48,912 nt of DNA from the IMG/VR virus record IMGVR_UViG_3300043633_000063, positions 1-48,912 of that record; one strand, 5' to 3'. Position 1 is the stretch's first letter. Each line of letters starts with the position of its first letter. The notes under the pieces were generated by a model, which did no database searches, was not told the origin of the DNA, and was given only the letters and a program-made list of their open reading frames with translations. The DNA comes from a virus. Taxonomy: Duplodnaviria; Caudoviricetes. A program made the position numbers and the translations under genes. This document shows, piece by piece, positions 27,590 to 36,117 of this stretch.

Positions 27590-27740
27590 GCGGTTAACAG
27601 GGGGGTTAACAGTTGGAGTTAACACTTGGCGCAAAACTCGGAATTTGCGAGAGCCGGCCGGTCGCAATGATGAACCCTGGGCTGGGGCGGGGTCTTTCCA
27701 CAGGACCCGTAAAATTATAAGCAATATCAATCACTTAGAT
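27590..27740 (-). promoter_or_regulatory. Putative cos packaging region (cosQ-like site, IHF box, GTTAACA repeats)
   Basis: Minus-strand TTTACGGGTCCT at 27702-27713 matches the lambda cosQ context; TATCAATCACTTA at 27725-27737 fits IHF consensus WATCAAN4TTR; GTTAACA at 27593, 27605 and 27618; upstream of the small terminase. Confidence 0.7.
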
Positions 27741-27890
27741 AGGTTCACGAAGTGGCTTGATTGATGCTCAATCGTTGGGCCGAACCTCGCATCGCACCTG
27801 TGTAGGCAAGTGCATGCATTCACGAATCAGCATAAAAACAGCCACTCTATCGCAGCACAAAACCTGCTGGTTTCGTGCTTGGTCGCGTTC

Positions 27891-28607
27891 TCATCCCGAG
27901 GACCGAGCACGGTCGAGCTGCTTTTGAATCGCTGCAAGGGCGAGCGTTGGGCCTTGGAGCAGTGCTTGATCGAGACTTCTCTGAAGCGTCGGGATGCGGG
28001 GCAGTGGCACCGCACGCCTCGAAAGGTCGTAGAGCTTGCGGATTTGAGGGCGCTTCCTACCCCCCATGATTTTGTAGATGCCCCTGCGCCGATCTAGCTC
28101 CAGGTAGGCCAGTCGACTCCCGTTGCGGATAGCCTCGCGCACCGCGCGCGCGTTGCGTGCCTTGCGGGGCATCGAGCGGGACTGGCGCTTGACCTTGCCC
28201 AGGGCGCGGATGATGAGCGAGGGCCTCACGGCGCGCTTGCGGCCTGCGGGCAATGACCCCTTGGCTTGCCCCGCTGCGGCCTCGGTGGGAATGGCCAGGC
28301 CGCCGCGGCGCGCGCGCTCGCCGATGCCCGCCTCGAGCCGCCGCATGTAGTCCTCGGTGTGGCCGAGCGTTGCCTGCATTTCGGTCATGCGCGAGCCCGT
28401 CGCGCGCTCGACTAGGGCGCGCCGCGCCGTGAATTGATTGCGAAGGGTCAAGCTCGAGGCCATTTCCTCCTGCCAAATCTTGCGCCCGGCAAACGCGAGG
28501 CCGTTGAGGGTCTCGCGCGCAGCGTAGGGGATGCCGCGCTTGGCGAGCTGCTCGAGCTCGCGCTGCATTGCGTCGAGGCCGCGGATTTCGATAGTCGGAA
28601 CGATCAC
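27891..28607 (-). CDS. Neck/tail completion protein, gpZ-like
   Basis: IEIRGLDAMQRELEQL...PYAARETLN; basic composition; typical position upstream of cos in GpA phages. Confidence 0.6.
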   Translation of the reverse strand: MIVPTIEIRGLDAMQRELEQLAKRGIPYAARETLNGLAFAGRKIWQEEMASSLTLRNQFTARRALVERATGSRMTEMQATLGHTEDYMRRLEAGIGERARRGGLAIPTEAAAGQAKGSLPAGRKRAVRPSLIIRALGKVKRQSRSMPRKARNARAVREAIRNGSRLAYLELDRRRGIYKIMGGRKRPQIRKLYDLSRRAVPLPRIPTLQRSLDQALLQGPTLALAAIQKQLDRARSSG

Positions 28608-28751
28608 CTGAACAACCCAATCGCGCGGGCCGGTGTCCCGTAGGTGCGTGGAACGTGATCCCACCGGGATCATCTCATCACCTAGCGATCACCTTGCCGC
28701 GGGCCGGGGGCGCTGCGGGCCCTCATAGAGGGATCCGGGCCCGAGGTCGCG

Positions 28752-29087
28752 TTAGGTCTCGTTCGAGCTCGTCGCGCGCCGCAGCAGGGGGCGCAGGCGC
28801 CGACACAACGCCTCTAACCGCTGCGCGGTCAACGTTTGCTCGAGGCGCAGGCGCTCAAAGTCGCGTTGCAGGTCGGTCGCGGCCGGTTCGAGCGCCTCGC
28901 GCAGGGCCGCGGTGTTTACCAGATACTTCGACGCCTGCCGCCCGCTCGGCATGTGTTTGTCGCCGATCGAGCGCAGCAGCCGCCCCCCGAGCTCGCCGTC
29001 GAGCCGCCGCAGCCGGCGCAACGCCTGGCGCTTGCAGAGTCCCATCAGGGACGCGGCGACCGCTACCGACACCCATGTCGTCGACAC
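28752..29087 (-). CDS. Hypothetical HTH-like protein
   Basis: WVSVAVAASLMGLCKRQALRRL...KYLVN. Confidence 0.55.
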   Translation of the reverse strand: MSTTWVSVAVAASLMGLCKRQALRRLRRLDGELGGRLLRSIGDKHMPSGRQASKYLVNTAALREALEPAATDLQRDFERLRLEQTLTAQRLEALCRRLRPLLRRATSSNET

Positions 29088-29102
29088 GTGGGCGCGCAGG
29101 GG

Positions 29103-29489
29103 TCAGCCATTGGTCTCGGTGGGCCTCGGGCGCCATATGCCGTCGGCGCTCTGCTCGAGCGGCAGCGGCGCGCCCTCGAGCGTGCATTCGACACGGGGCT
29201 CGCGCTGCGGGTCGATCGAAACGACGAGATTGCTCCAAGCCCCGGGCGGTCCGGGAAACTCAATGTAGGGCCCCCAGCTCACCGCGAAGCGGCCCGCGCG
29301 CTCGGCCTCGGCCGCGAGCGCATCGGCGGCCGGTGTCAGAGTGACGGGGCCGCTGATGGGACGTCGCAAAAAATCGCCCGCGGCACTCGCCGGCCCGTAC
29401 GCCTCGGCCGCCTGCTGCTCGGTGCCGATGCGCACGAGGCCGGCGGTGTGGGATGCCGGCTCTGCTGTGGGGCGCTTGCGGTCAGCCAC
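29103..29489 (-). CDS. Hypothetical protein
   Basis: GTG start overlapping the upstream ORF; protein-like sequence. Confidence 0.5.
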   Translation of the reverse strand: MADRKRPTAEPASHTAGLVRIGTEQQAAEAYGPASAAGDFLRRPISGPVTLTPAADALAAEAERAGRFAVSWGPYIEFPGPPGAWSNLVVSIDPQREPRVECTLEGAPLPLEQSADGIWRPRPTETNG

Positions 29490-29706
29490 CGCTCGCCCCG
29501 GGCACGGGCAGCCCCGCGGCCGCGAACCACTCGGCGAGCGGTGTGAGTTTGGCGCGCACGACCTCGGCGACGTTGTCCGTCGTCGCGTGCTGGCCGCACT
29601 CGAACCACTCGAAACCGTCGGCCGTACCGGCGACATGGGTTGCGTTGACGCGCAGGTCTCGCGCGAGGCACACGGTGCACAGGCGAGGGCGATCGGTGTT
29701 AACCAC
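29482..29706 (-). CDS. Hypothetical Cys/His protein
   Basis: CTVC...WFECGQH. Confidence 0.55.
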   Translation of the reverse strand: MVNTDRPRLCTVCLARDLRVNATHVAGTADGFEWFECGQHATTDNVAEVVRAKLTPLAEWFAAAGLPVPGASGG

Positions 29707-30292
29707 CCACCGAGGTTAACACCTCGGCTCGACGGGCGCTGCTCCAGGTGCGGTGGGCCTGCCGCAGTGCCCGCTCGGCCAGCTTGCGCGCCTCGCTGAT
29801 GCGCCGGGCGCTGCCCTCCCCCGAGGGATGGCCGCACGCCTGCTCGAGCGCGCTGCGGTCGCTACAGACGGCCAGCGCTGCGGCAGCGACGCCCCCGAGC
29901 TGAGAGAGCACGCCCGCGGCACGGCACGCCGGCGCGGTGTAGTGCACCTCGAGCAGCCGGCGCTCGGCGGGCGCGAGCCGCGCCCAGGCCGCCCGCAGGC
30001 GCCGTACGCGGCCCTCATGAGGCCGGGCCCGGTCGATGGCATCCCACGCGCTATCGGTGCTCTGGGCGCCGCCCGGGCCGCGCTCCAGGGCGGCGATCAC
30101 CGCGGCATGCCCGGAGCGCTGCCCGAGCAGCGCCGGCGCCTCGCACAGTAGCCAATCCAGATCGGGATCTCGTTCGAGCTCGCGCACCACGCCCGCGAGC
30201 ATAGCCCGTTTCGGCCCGAGCAAACGCGCCGGCGGGTTGGGCTGCGCCATGTAGGTGACGGGCGGTCGGTTGTAGCCGGGACCGGATGTCAC
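29699..30292 (-). CDS. Putative late-gene regulator (Q/RinA/sigma-4-like)
   Basis: AWARLAPAERRLLEVHY resembles the helix preceding a region-4 HTH; position upstream of the late operon. Confidence 0.4.
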   Translation of the reverse strand: MTSGPGYNRPPVTYMAQPNPPARLLGPKRAMLAGVVRELERDPDLDWLLCEAPALLGQRSGHAAVIAALERGPGGAQSTDSAWDAIDRARPHEGRVRRLRAAWARLAPAERRLLEVHYTAPACRAAGVLSQLGGVAAAALAVCSDRSALEQACGHPSGEGSARRISEARKLAERALRQAHRTWSSARRAEVLTSVGG

Positions 30293-30345
30293 CCCGGGGT
30301 AGCGACTGCTCGCGCGATCAGTGTCTCAATGTCACGATTTGAACC

Positions 30346-30579
30346 ATGCCGACGAAAGAACCCACGCCTTCTGACCGGGCGCCGCAGCAGTCGGCGCCGT
30401 TCTCGATGCCCTCGCCGTTCCCTGCGCCCGAGCCGCCCAAGCGCAGCCGCAAGGCGCTCTGGACGGTCGTTGGCCTCGTGCTCGTCGCTGCGGCGAAACT
30501 GTTTCTGACCTCGCAAGGCGTGCCCGTGCCGCTCATCGATGAGGCCGCGCAAACGATCCGCGACGCGCTGCCGAAGTAA
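30346..30579 (+). CDS. Small single-TM protein, oriented against its neighbours
   Basis: KRSRKALWTVVGLVLVAAAKLFL. Confidence 0.6.
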   Translation: MPTKEPTPSDRAPQQSAPFSMPSPFPAPEPPKRSRKALWTVVGLVLVAAAKLFLTSQGVPVPLIDEAAQTIRDALPK

Positions 30580-30597
30580 TTCGCGAGCGAGCTCGGT

Positions 30598-30924
30598 CTA
30601 TCGGATGAGCCCCATTCGCACGGCGGTTCGCACGAGCGCGCCGGGCAATGTGGGCTCGTTCCACCGCTGCCGCTGCTCGAGCGTCGCTGCGCTCCAGCCG
30701 GCATCGGCCGCGAGCTGGGCGGTGATGCGTAGCGCCCGCAGCACTCGCCCCGTGATTTCCTCGCCGCTGGCCTCGGGGTCCCACGGCACCGTATGCCAAG
30801 GATCGAAGCTCACCGGTGGCGGCACGTTGAAGTAGCCATCCAGGAACGGCACGCCGATCGATCCGCAGCCCGGGCAGGGCTCGAGGTTCTCGCGCGTGCG
30901 CTCCGCGCAACTCGGGCAGCTCAC
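30598..30924 (-). CDS. Hypothetical zinc-finger protein
   Basis: CPSC...CPGCG; GTGA overlap with the upstream stop. Confidence 0.55.
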   Translation of the reverse strand: MSCPSCAERTRENLEPCPGCGSIGVPFLDGYFNVPPPVSFDPWHTVPWDPEASGEEITGRVLRALRITAQLAADAGWSAATLEQRQRWNEPTLPGALVRTAVRMGLIR

Positions 30925-31244
30925 GGTCGCCGCCGGCGAGCTCGGGCTCGATTGAACGCCTCGCCGTCTCGCTGCGCGGCCTCGCGCGCGAGCTGATGCG
31001 CCTGCTCCTCGGTGATCTCGCCGGCGCGCCCGCGGGCACACAGGCCGTCGGCGAGCGCATCGACGTCGCGCGCCTGCGCCTCGGTCATGACGCCGGCGGC
31101 GATCGCTTGCTGGAGCAACGGATCGAGGTCGGGCGCCGGCGTGGGCACTGCGTCACGATCCATTGCACTAGCGGGGTTTTTGCCCTCCTCGCTCCAGTCG
31201 AGCGCGACGAGCAGGATCGAGCCGAGCGCGGTTCTCGGTTGCAC
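30921..31244 (-). CDS. Hypothetical protein
   Basis: Helical ORF in the leftward operon. Confidence 0.5.
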   Translation of the reverse strand: MQPRTALGSILLVALDWSEEGKNPASAMDRDAVPTPAPDLDPLLQQAIAAGVMTEAQARDVDALADGLCARGRAGEITEEQAHQLAREAAQRDGEAFNRARARRRRP

Positions 31245-31247
31245 GGG

Positions 31248-31634
31248 TCAGCCCTCCTCGACGTGCTGCCGAGCGGCATCGCCATACGGGCGGCGCCGTC
31301 CGCTCCGCAAGTGCCGATACCATCCCTCGGGCTCGCCCTGGCCGTCCCAACCGAGCGCGGCGCGCCACGCGGCCTCGGTCTGAGCAGCTTGATAGTCCCA
31401 CACATCGCCGTAGCCATCATCGCCGAGCCAACCGATGCCGAGTCGTAGGCCATCGAACAACAGCTCGCTCAGATAGACCGCGCGCCCGTCGCCGAGCTCG
31501 CGCACGCTCAGATGTTCAGCGCCGTTGAGGCGATTGAGCCAGCCGTCGCAATGTGCTTGCAGCAGTTCCTCGGCGCTTACCTCTCGTGTTGCCATCGTAC
31601 ATACCGATCCCTTCCGGATCGGGGCATACCACAA
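31248..31634 (-). CDS. Hypothetical protein, WDGxGEPEGW family (paralog of 42247-42567)
   Basis: DVWDY...AAWRAALGWDGQGEPEGWYRH. Confidence 0.7.
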   Translation of the reverse strand: MWYAPIRKGSVCTMATREVSAEELLQAHCDGWLNRLNGAEHLSVRELGDGRAVYLSELLFDGLRLGIGWLGDDGYGDVWDYQAAQTEAAWRAALGWDGQGEPEGWYRHLRSGRRRPYGDAARQHVEEG

Positions 31635-31648
31635 AACGGCGGCCGCGG

Positions 31649-31689
31649 TACGCTAGCAGCGTGCATGAGATACGCTCCTAGCGTATAGT
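31649..31689 (+). promoter_or_regulatory. TA promoter with two TACGCT-N3-AGCGT(A/G) operators overlapping a -10 TATAGT
   Basis: TACGCTAGCAGCGTG at 31649-31663; ATACGCTCCTAGCGTAT at 31670-31686; TATAGT at 31684-31689, 6 nt before the ATG (leaderless mRNA likely). Confidence 0.7.
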
Positions 31690-31695
31690 TAGATC

Positions 31696-31989
31696 ATGCG
31701 CTTCGAATGGGACCCGAAAAAGGCTGCTCGCAACGCGCGAGCGCACGGGGTCACGTTCGGCGACGCAACCGATCTGTTTGCGCCCGGTGCCGTGGTGCTC
31801 GAGGCGTACGACGCCGAGCACAGCGACACCGAGGATCGGTTCCAGCGCATCGGCATGAGCCGACGTGGCGTGCTGATGGTGGTGTACACCGAGCGCGCCG
31901 ACGACCTCATTCGCATCATTAGCGCTCGACGCGCCGACCGCGCCGAGCAAGCCCGTTACAACCTGTTTTTGAAGGGAAACACGCGATGA
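31696..31989 (+). CDS. brnT: BrnT family toxin (DUF497 ribonuclease)
   Basis: MRFEWDPKKAARNARAHGVTF...EDRFQRIG...VVYTER...IRIISARRA. Confidence 0.93.
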   Translation: MRFEWDPKKAARNARAHGVTFGDATDLFAPGAVVLEAYDAEHSDTEDRFQRIGMSRRGVLMVVYTERADDLIRIISARRADRAEQARYNLFLKGNTR

Positions 31990-32384
31990 AACGAAAGAAC
32001 GAGCGGACTGCAGCCGGCGGCAAGCGCACGCGGTTTGAATGGCACGGAGCGCCGAGCAGCGCGCCGCGCGGTACCGTCGCCGCCGAGGTCGAGCCCGATG
32101 CGGAAAACCCGCGGTGGGATGCCGCGACGTTTGGGCGCGCGCTCTCGGGCGAGCAGCGCAAACGCATCATCGCGGGCAAGCTCCAGTCGGGCGACGTCGC
32201 GGCGCTGCGGCGATTCGTCCAGCTCACGCAAGCCGAGTTTGCCGAGGCGCTCGGCATCAGCATGCGCACGCTCCAGAATTGGGAGCAGGATCGCACGACG
32301 CCCGACGGCGCAGGCCTCGCGCTGCTGCGCATCGCAGCTCGGCATCCGCGGATCATCCGCGAGAACATTTCGACGGCGGCCTGA
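31986..32384 (+). CDS. XRE/HTH_3 antitoxin-type transcriptional regulator
   Basis: LRRFVQLTQAEFAEALGISMRTLQNWEQDRTTPDGAGLALL; ATGA overlap with brnT. Confidence 0.88.
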   Translation: MKRKNERTAAGGKRTRFEWHGAPSSAPRGTVAAEVEPDAENPRWDAATFGRALSGEQRKRIIAGKLQSGDVAALRRFVQLTQAEFAEALGISMRTLQNWEQDRTTPDGAGLALLRIAARHPRIIRENISTAA

Positions 32385-32400
32385 AAGGCGACCGTGTAGC

Positions 32401-33297
32401 ATGATGGGTTACCAATCTGGCAACATGTGTCGAATTGGTATGGTGTCGGTTGTTCAGGGAACGTATACGCAGCAATTCTTGGGGAGGATCGAAGTCGTGG
32501 TGGGAAGCAAGCAACGTCAGGTGGGAGTGGTCGCTCTCGTGGGCGACCGGGGTGGGAAGGGCGAGGCTGGCGCTCTCGCGGGAAGCGTGCGCACTCGAGC
32601 GAGCAACGACGGTGCGTGTCTCGCGCCGGGCTCGACCGAGCTGTTTAACACGAGGTCCGACCCCCCCCCCAAGCACAAAGATAACTATCCAGCGCAAGCG
32701 CACGACATTGCCCAGCAATGGGTAGCGTCCGCCGGCGCGCGCGAAAGCGTTAGCGCGCTCTCGAACGAAAGTGGTTCTGCAAGCGCCTGCGAAACCGCTT
32801 CAAAAAGCACTGCGGTAGGCGTTTCGGCGTTCGAACTCGCGCGGCGCCTGCGCGCACGCGAGCCTCGCGGTCGCGATGCCGCTCGCGACGTGGGGCGCAC
32901 CGCGGGGCGCACGGGCGACGCCGAGCGATGGCTCGCGCAACTCGCGCCGGCGACGCTGCCCGCGGGCGTCGCGCGCACGGTCAACGACTCACACAGCAAG
33001 TGGTATCGCTTGCAGCGCGATCAAGCGTTGACGGTCGTGCTCGAGATCGATCTGTGGCAAGGCGAGCTGTGGGCGCACCTGGCGATCACGGGCCGCGGCG
33101 CGCCGCCGACGCTCGCCGATCTCGTCTACTGCCGTGACTTGTTCCTCGGCGACCGCAAGGCGATCCAAGTCTTGCCGCGCAAGATCGAGGCCGCCGAGGC
33201 GGGCGCGCGCTCGGTGCACCTGTACGTCCAGCTCGAAAGCGATTCGCTGCCCTCGTGCTCGCGCACGTGCCACCCATCGTTGCGAGAGCAGGCCTGA
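32401..33297 (+). CDS. Hypothetical protein with C-terminal HLS..P.W-type domain (true start probably later, near 32800)
   Basis: LWAHLAITGRGAPPTLADLVYCRDLFLGDRKAIQVLP...VHLY; N-terminal part looks non-coding. Confidence 0.5.
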   Translation: MMGYQSGNMCRIGMVSVVQGTYTQQFLGRIEVVVGSKQRQVGVVALVGDRGGKGEAGALAGSVRTRASNDGACLAPGSTELFNTRSDPPPKHKDNYPAQAHDIAQQWVASAGARESVSALSNESGSASACETASKSTAVGVSAFELARRLRAREPRGRDAARDVGRTAGRTGDAERWLAQLAPATLPAGVARTVNDSHSKWYRLQRDQALTVVLEIDLWQGELWAHLAITGRGAPPTLADLVYCRDLFLGDRKAIQVLPRKIEAAEAGARSVHLYVQLESDSLPSCSRTCHPSLREQA

Positions 33298-33578
33298 TGC
33301 CCGCGCTCATCATCAAGCTCGAGGGCGATGCCAGTTGGCCCGACCTCGCGAGCAAGCCCGACGGGCAGATCATCGAGATCGAGCACATCGAGCTCGCGCT
33401 ACTGCCCGGGGGCATGTCGAGCGGTAAGGCGTCCGTCGCTATCCGCCTCGACTTGCCCGACGGGCGCACGATCATCGCCCAGACGAGCCAGGAACTGTTT
33501 GACGCGGCTGCGCGCGCGTTCCGCGGTCGGCTCGAGTATCTCGCCGAGCTCGCGGCCAAGGGTGGGGCAGCGTCGTAA
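33297..33578 (+). CDS. Hypothetical phage protein
   Basis: TGATG coupling; GGMSSGKASVAIRLDLPDGRTIIAQTS. Confidence 0.7.
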   Translation: MPALIIKLEGDASWPDLASKPDGQIIEIEHIELALLPGGMSSGKASVAIRLDLPDGRTIIAQTSQELFDAAARAFRGRLEYLAELAAKGGAAS

Positions 33579-33579
33579 A

Positions 33580-34113
33580 ATGTACCGCGCGCGATTTCAT
33601 GAATGGTCGTGGGGCGCCGTCGGCGGGCGCACGGTGTGCGGTCAGTCGAGCCCGGCGGTGCGCCGCAACACGGTCTCGGATCTCGGCAATGTCGCGATCG
33701 ATGACCGCTGCGGCAATTGCGAGCGCATGCGCGCGGCGATCGGCACCTCGAGCAAGCCCGTCGCGCCCGAGCCCGAGGCGCCGAGCCCCGAGCTCGCGGC
33801 GATCGCCGCCGATGCGGCGCAGGTCGTCGGCGAGCTCACCGATGCCGAGCGCCACATCATCGAGCACTCGACCGGATGGCAATCGCGCTGGCCGCTCTAT
33901 CGCAACCACTTTTGCGCGGGCCCGTCTCACGATGATTGGTCCACGATCCAAGGCCTGATCGGGCGTGGGCTGATGCGCGTTACGCGCGAGCCCTCGGCGC
34001 TCTCGGGGGGTGACACGGTGTTTTGTGTGACGGCGATCGGCATCGCGGCACTCAAGCAAAAGAGGCCGGCGAAAGCCGCGCCCGGCAACCAAGCAAGCGG
34101 GGTGAATCGGTGA
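33580..34113 (+). CDS. Hypothetical phage protein (YRNHF motif, winged-helix-like C-terminus)
   Basis: HSTG...YRNHFCAG...LIGRGLM...VFCVTAIG. Confidence 0.7.
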   Translation: MYRARFHEWSWGAVGGRTVCGQSSPAVRRNTVSDLGNVAIDDRCGNCERMRAAIGTSSKPVAPEPEAPSPELAAIAADAAQVVGELTDAERHIIEHSTGWQSRWPLYRNHFCAGPSHDDWSTIQGLIGRGLMRVTREPSALSGGDTVFCVTAIGIAALKQKRPAKAAPGNQASGVNR

Positions 34114-34511
34114 TGACTTCCGACGATCACGGCTCGGTCAATAGCGCGGTCCTGCAAGCGATCGAGCCCTACATCGACGCGATCGCCGACCGCATCGCGG
34201 CGCGCATGCAGGCCGGGCGCGAGCGCATGATCAACCAGCACGAGAGCGAGCTCGGGCCGCGGCGGCATCGGCAGGCGGTCAAGCGCCGCTTGGCCAACGG
34301 CGAGGGCGGCGCGGGGCAGGCGGGGCGAAACTATCTGCTCAGCAGAGACGCGATCGCCGAGGAACTCGCCGGCAAGGGCGGCCGCCGCAAGGGCGCGCCG
34401 GTCGCCGTCGGCGTCGAGGGCAGCGCCGCCAAGTCGCGCACGCGCGAGCTGTCCGATTTCGAGCGCGAGGTGATGGGTGGGCTGCGCGCGGTGAAGGACA
34501 ACGGGCGGTGA
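34110..34511 (+). CDS. Putative excisionase / HTH DNA-binding protein
   Basis: IDAIADRIAARM...GRNYLLSRDAIAEEL (Xis-like wing); upstream of the integrase in the same operon. Confidence 0.5.
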   Translation: MMTSDDHGSVNSAVLQAIEPYIDAIADRIAARMQAGRERMINQHESELGPRRHRQAVKRRLANGEGGAGQAGRNYLLSRDAIAEELAGKGGRRKGAPVAVGVEGSAAKSRTRELSDFEREVMGGLRAVKDNGR

Positions 34512-34750
34512 GATTTTTCACGGTTCCGTGGGCGCCCGGGCTCGAGCGGCAACAGCTCGAACGGGGGCCGTATGTGGCGCTGCGCTCGACGGCCGTGATT
34601 TGGCAACTCGGGATCCGCAAGGGTTTCGGGCGCGAGGTCGTCAAGGCTCGGCTCGCGAGCGAGCCGAGCTCCAGCAGCGTGGCGCTCGCGCTCGAGCTCG
34701 GGATGCTCGAGGAGGAATGCAGCGGGCTCGCGGAGGAGTTTGGGAAATGA
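34508..34750 (+). CDS. Hypothetical protein
   Basis: Overlapping start and stop with both neighbours. Confidence 0.55.
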   Translation: MRFFTVPWAPGLERQQLERGPYVALRSTAVIWQLGIRKGFGREVVKARLASEPSSSSVALALELGMLEEECSGLAEEFGK

Positions 34751-34965
34751 AGATCGAACTAGAGAGCACGGGGCAGGTCGTCGAGGTCAACGGCGTGTTG
34801 TGCCGGGTGTGGGAAGGCAAGACGGCCGCCGGCGTGCCGCTCACCGCATTTATCGCGCGAGTCGCGGTCGAGCGCGCGGAGGACTCGCGGCAATTCGAGC
34901 GCGAGCTGGTCGAGACACGTCAGCCGCTCCCGGCCGGGTTTTGGCCTCATCGGATGGTGCTGTGA
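34747..34965 (+). CDS. Hypothetical phage protein
   Basis: MKIELEST...CRVWEG.T..GVP; GGAGGAG RBS. Confidence 0.7.
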   Translation: MKIELESTGQVVEVNGVLCRVWEGKTAAGVPLTAFIARVAVERAEDSRQFERELVETRQPLPAGFWPHRMVL

Positions 34966-35327
34966 TGCCGGGCGAGCTCGGTGAGAGTTGGTATGTGCTG
35001 CTGCTATCGGACATGCGATCGTCGGCGCGGATCGTCCGTCCCATCGCGCGCGCCCGCTCGGCTGCGGAGCTGCAACGACTGCTCGACCGCGAGCGGGTGA
35101 CGCTCTATCACGAGGGCAGGTTTGCCAAGTCGTTTCGCCGCGGCGGCATGCTCGAATGGTACCTCGAGCCCGAGCAAGACGTCCGCCTGGCGCGCACGAC
35201 CGGGATCGCCGAGGTGTATGCGGTCGCGGTGCGCGCGGGCGTCGAGCTCGTGACCGTGCCATTCCTACTGGCTATCCCGTCCCTCGATGATCTGGGCGCA
35301 CGCGGCGCGGGCGCGGCGGTGCACTGA
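34965..35327 (+). CDS. Hypothetical protein
   Basis: TGATG coupling; KSFRRGGMLEWY. Confidence 0.6.
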   Translation: MPGELGESWYVLLLSDMRSSARIVRPIARARSAAELQRLLDRERVTLYHEGRFAKSFRRGGMLEWYLEPEQDVRLARTTGIAEVYAVAVRAGVELVTVPFLLAIPSLDDLGARGAGAAVH

Positions 35328-35725
35328 TGATCCGGGGCATCGACAACAGGGGATGCATCATCCTCGGGATCACCGCGAGGGAGCTCGACGGGCTGCTCGC
35401 CGGCGAGCGGTGTTGTTTCGTCGCGAGCGCACCGCAGGCGCCGGGCCCGCACATCTGTCTGTGGTTCGGTGAGACGGACGCGGATCTACTGGCCAAGCTC
35501 GGGGAGATGTATCCGCAGGGCGCGCCCGTGGAGGTCGGCGACTATCGCGCGCAGCCGCGGCCCGACTATGGCGATCCGTCCCGCCTCACGTGGGAGTATT
35601 ACGACAACCTGTGCAAAACAGCCGAGCGGTACGGCACGCGACAGAACGCCGGCACGGCCGCGCACATCGAGCGCCTGCGCGTGCAAATCGTCGCGCTGCG
35701 CGGCGAGCGAGGGAGCGTGGGCTGA
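35327..35725 (+). CDS. Hypothetical protein
   Basis: TGATG coupling at both ends. Confidence 0.6.
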   Translation: MIRGIDNRGCIILGITARELDGLLAGERCCFVASAPQAPGPHICLWFGETDADLLAKLGEMYPQGAPVEVGDYRAQPRPDYGDPSRLTWEYYDNLCKTAERYGTRQNAGTAAHIERLRVQIVALRGERGSVG

Positions 35726-36117
35726 TGGATCGCCTTGGCGTCTATTGGTTGCGTCTCTCGGATCCGACACCGGGCGAGCGCACCTCGGCCGGGATCTGGG
35801 CTCAGTGCTGGCGCTGCGGCGTGCGCGAGCTGGTCACGCTGCCCGCCGATCTGGGCGACGCGCTCGAGGGGATGCGGCAAGCGCTCGAGGCGCATTGCCA
35901 GTGCGCGCCGTCGCTGCTCGGCGCGCGATGGGAATTGATCGTCACGCTGCGGCATCGCGTGCTCGATGCGTCGCCGACGGTGACGCTGCTGCCGCTCGCG
36001 CTCATCGAGGATCGCTCCCCTGAACAGCTCGCCCAGGATGGCGACGCGCAGATCGAACGCGAGGTCGATGAGATCGTCGCGGTGATGATGGGTGATGAAA
36101 CGAAAGCGTGGCGCTGA
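35725..36117 (+). CDS. Hypothetical protein (CxxC)
   Basis: Coupled to the int start by TGATG. Confidence 0.55.
   Translation: MDRLGVYWLRLSDPTPGERTSAGIWAQCWRCGVRELVTLPADLGDALEGMRQALEAHCQCAPSLLGARWELIVTLRHRVLDASPTVTLLPLALIEDRSPEQLAQDGDAQIEREVDEIVAVMMGDETKAWR

Noticed and set aside
32440-32460. Myxococcus-type LexA box (GTTCAGG half)
   Set aside because: The left half does not match the consensus
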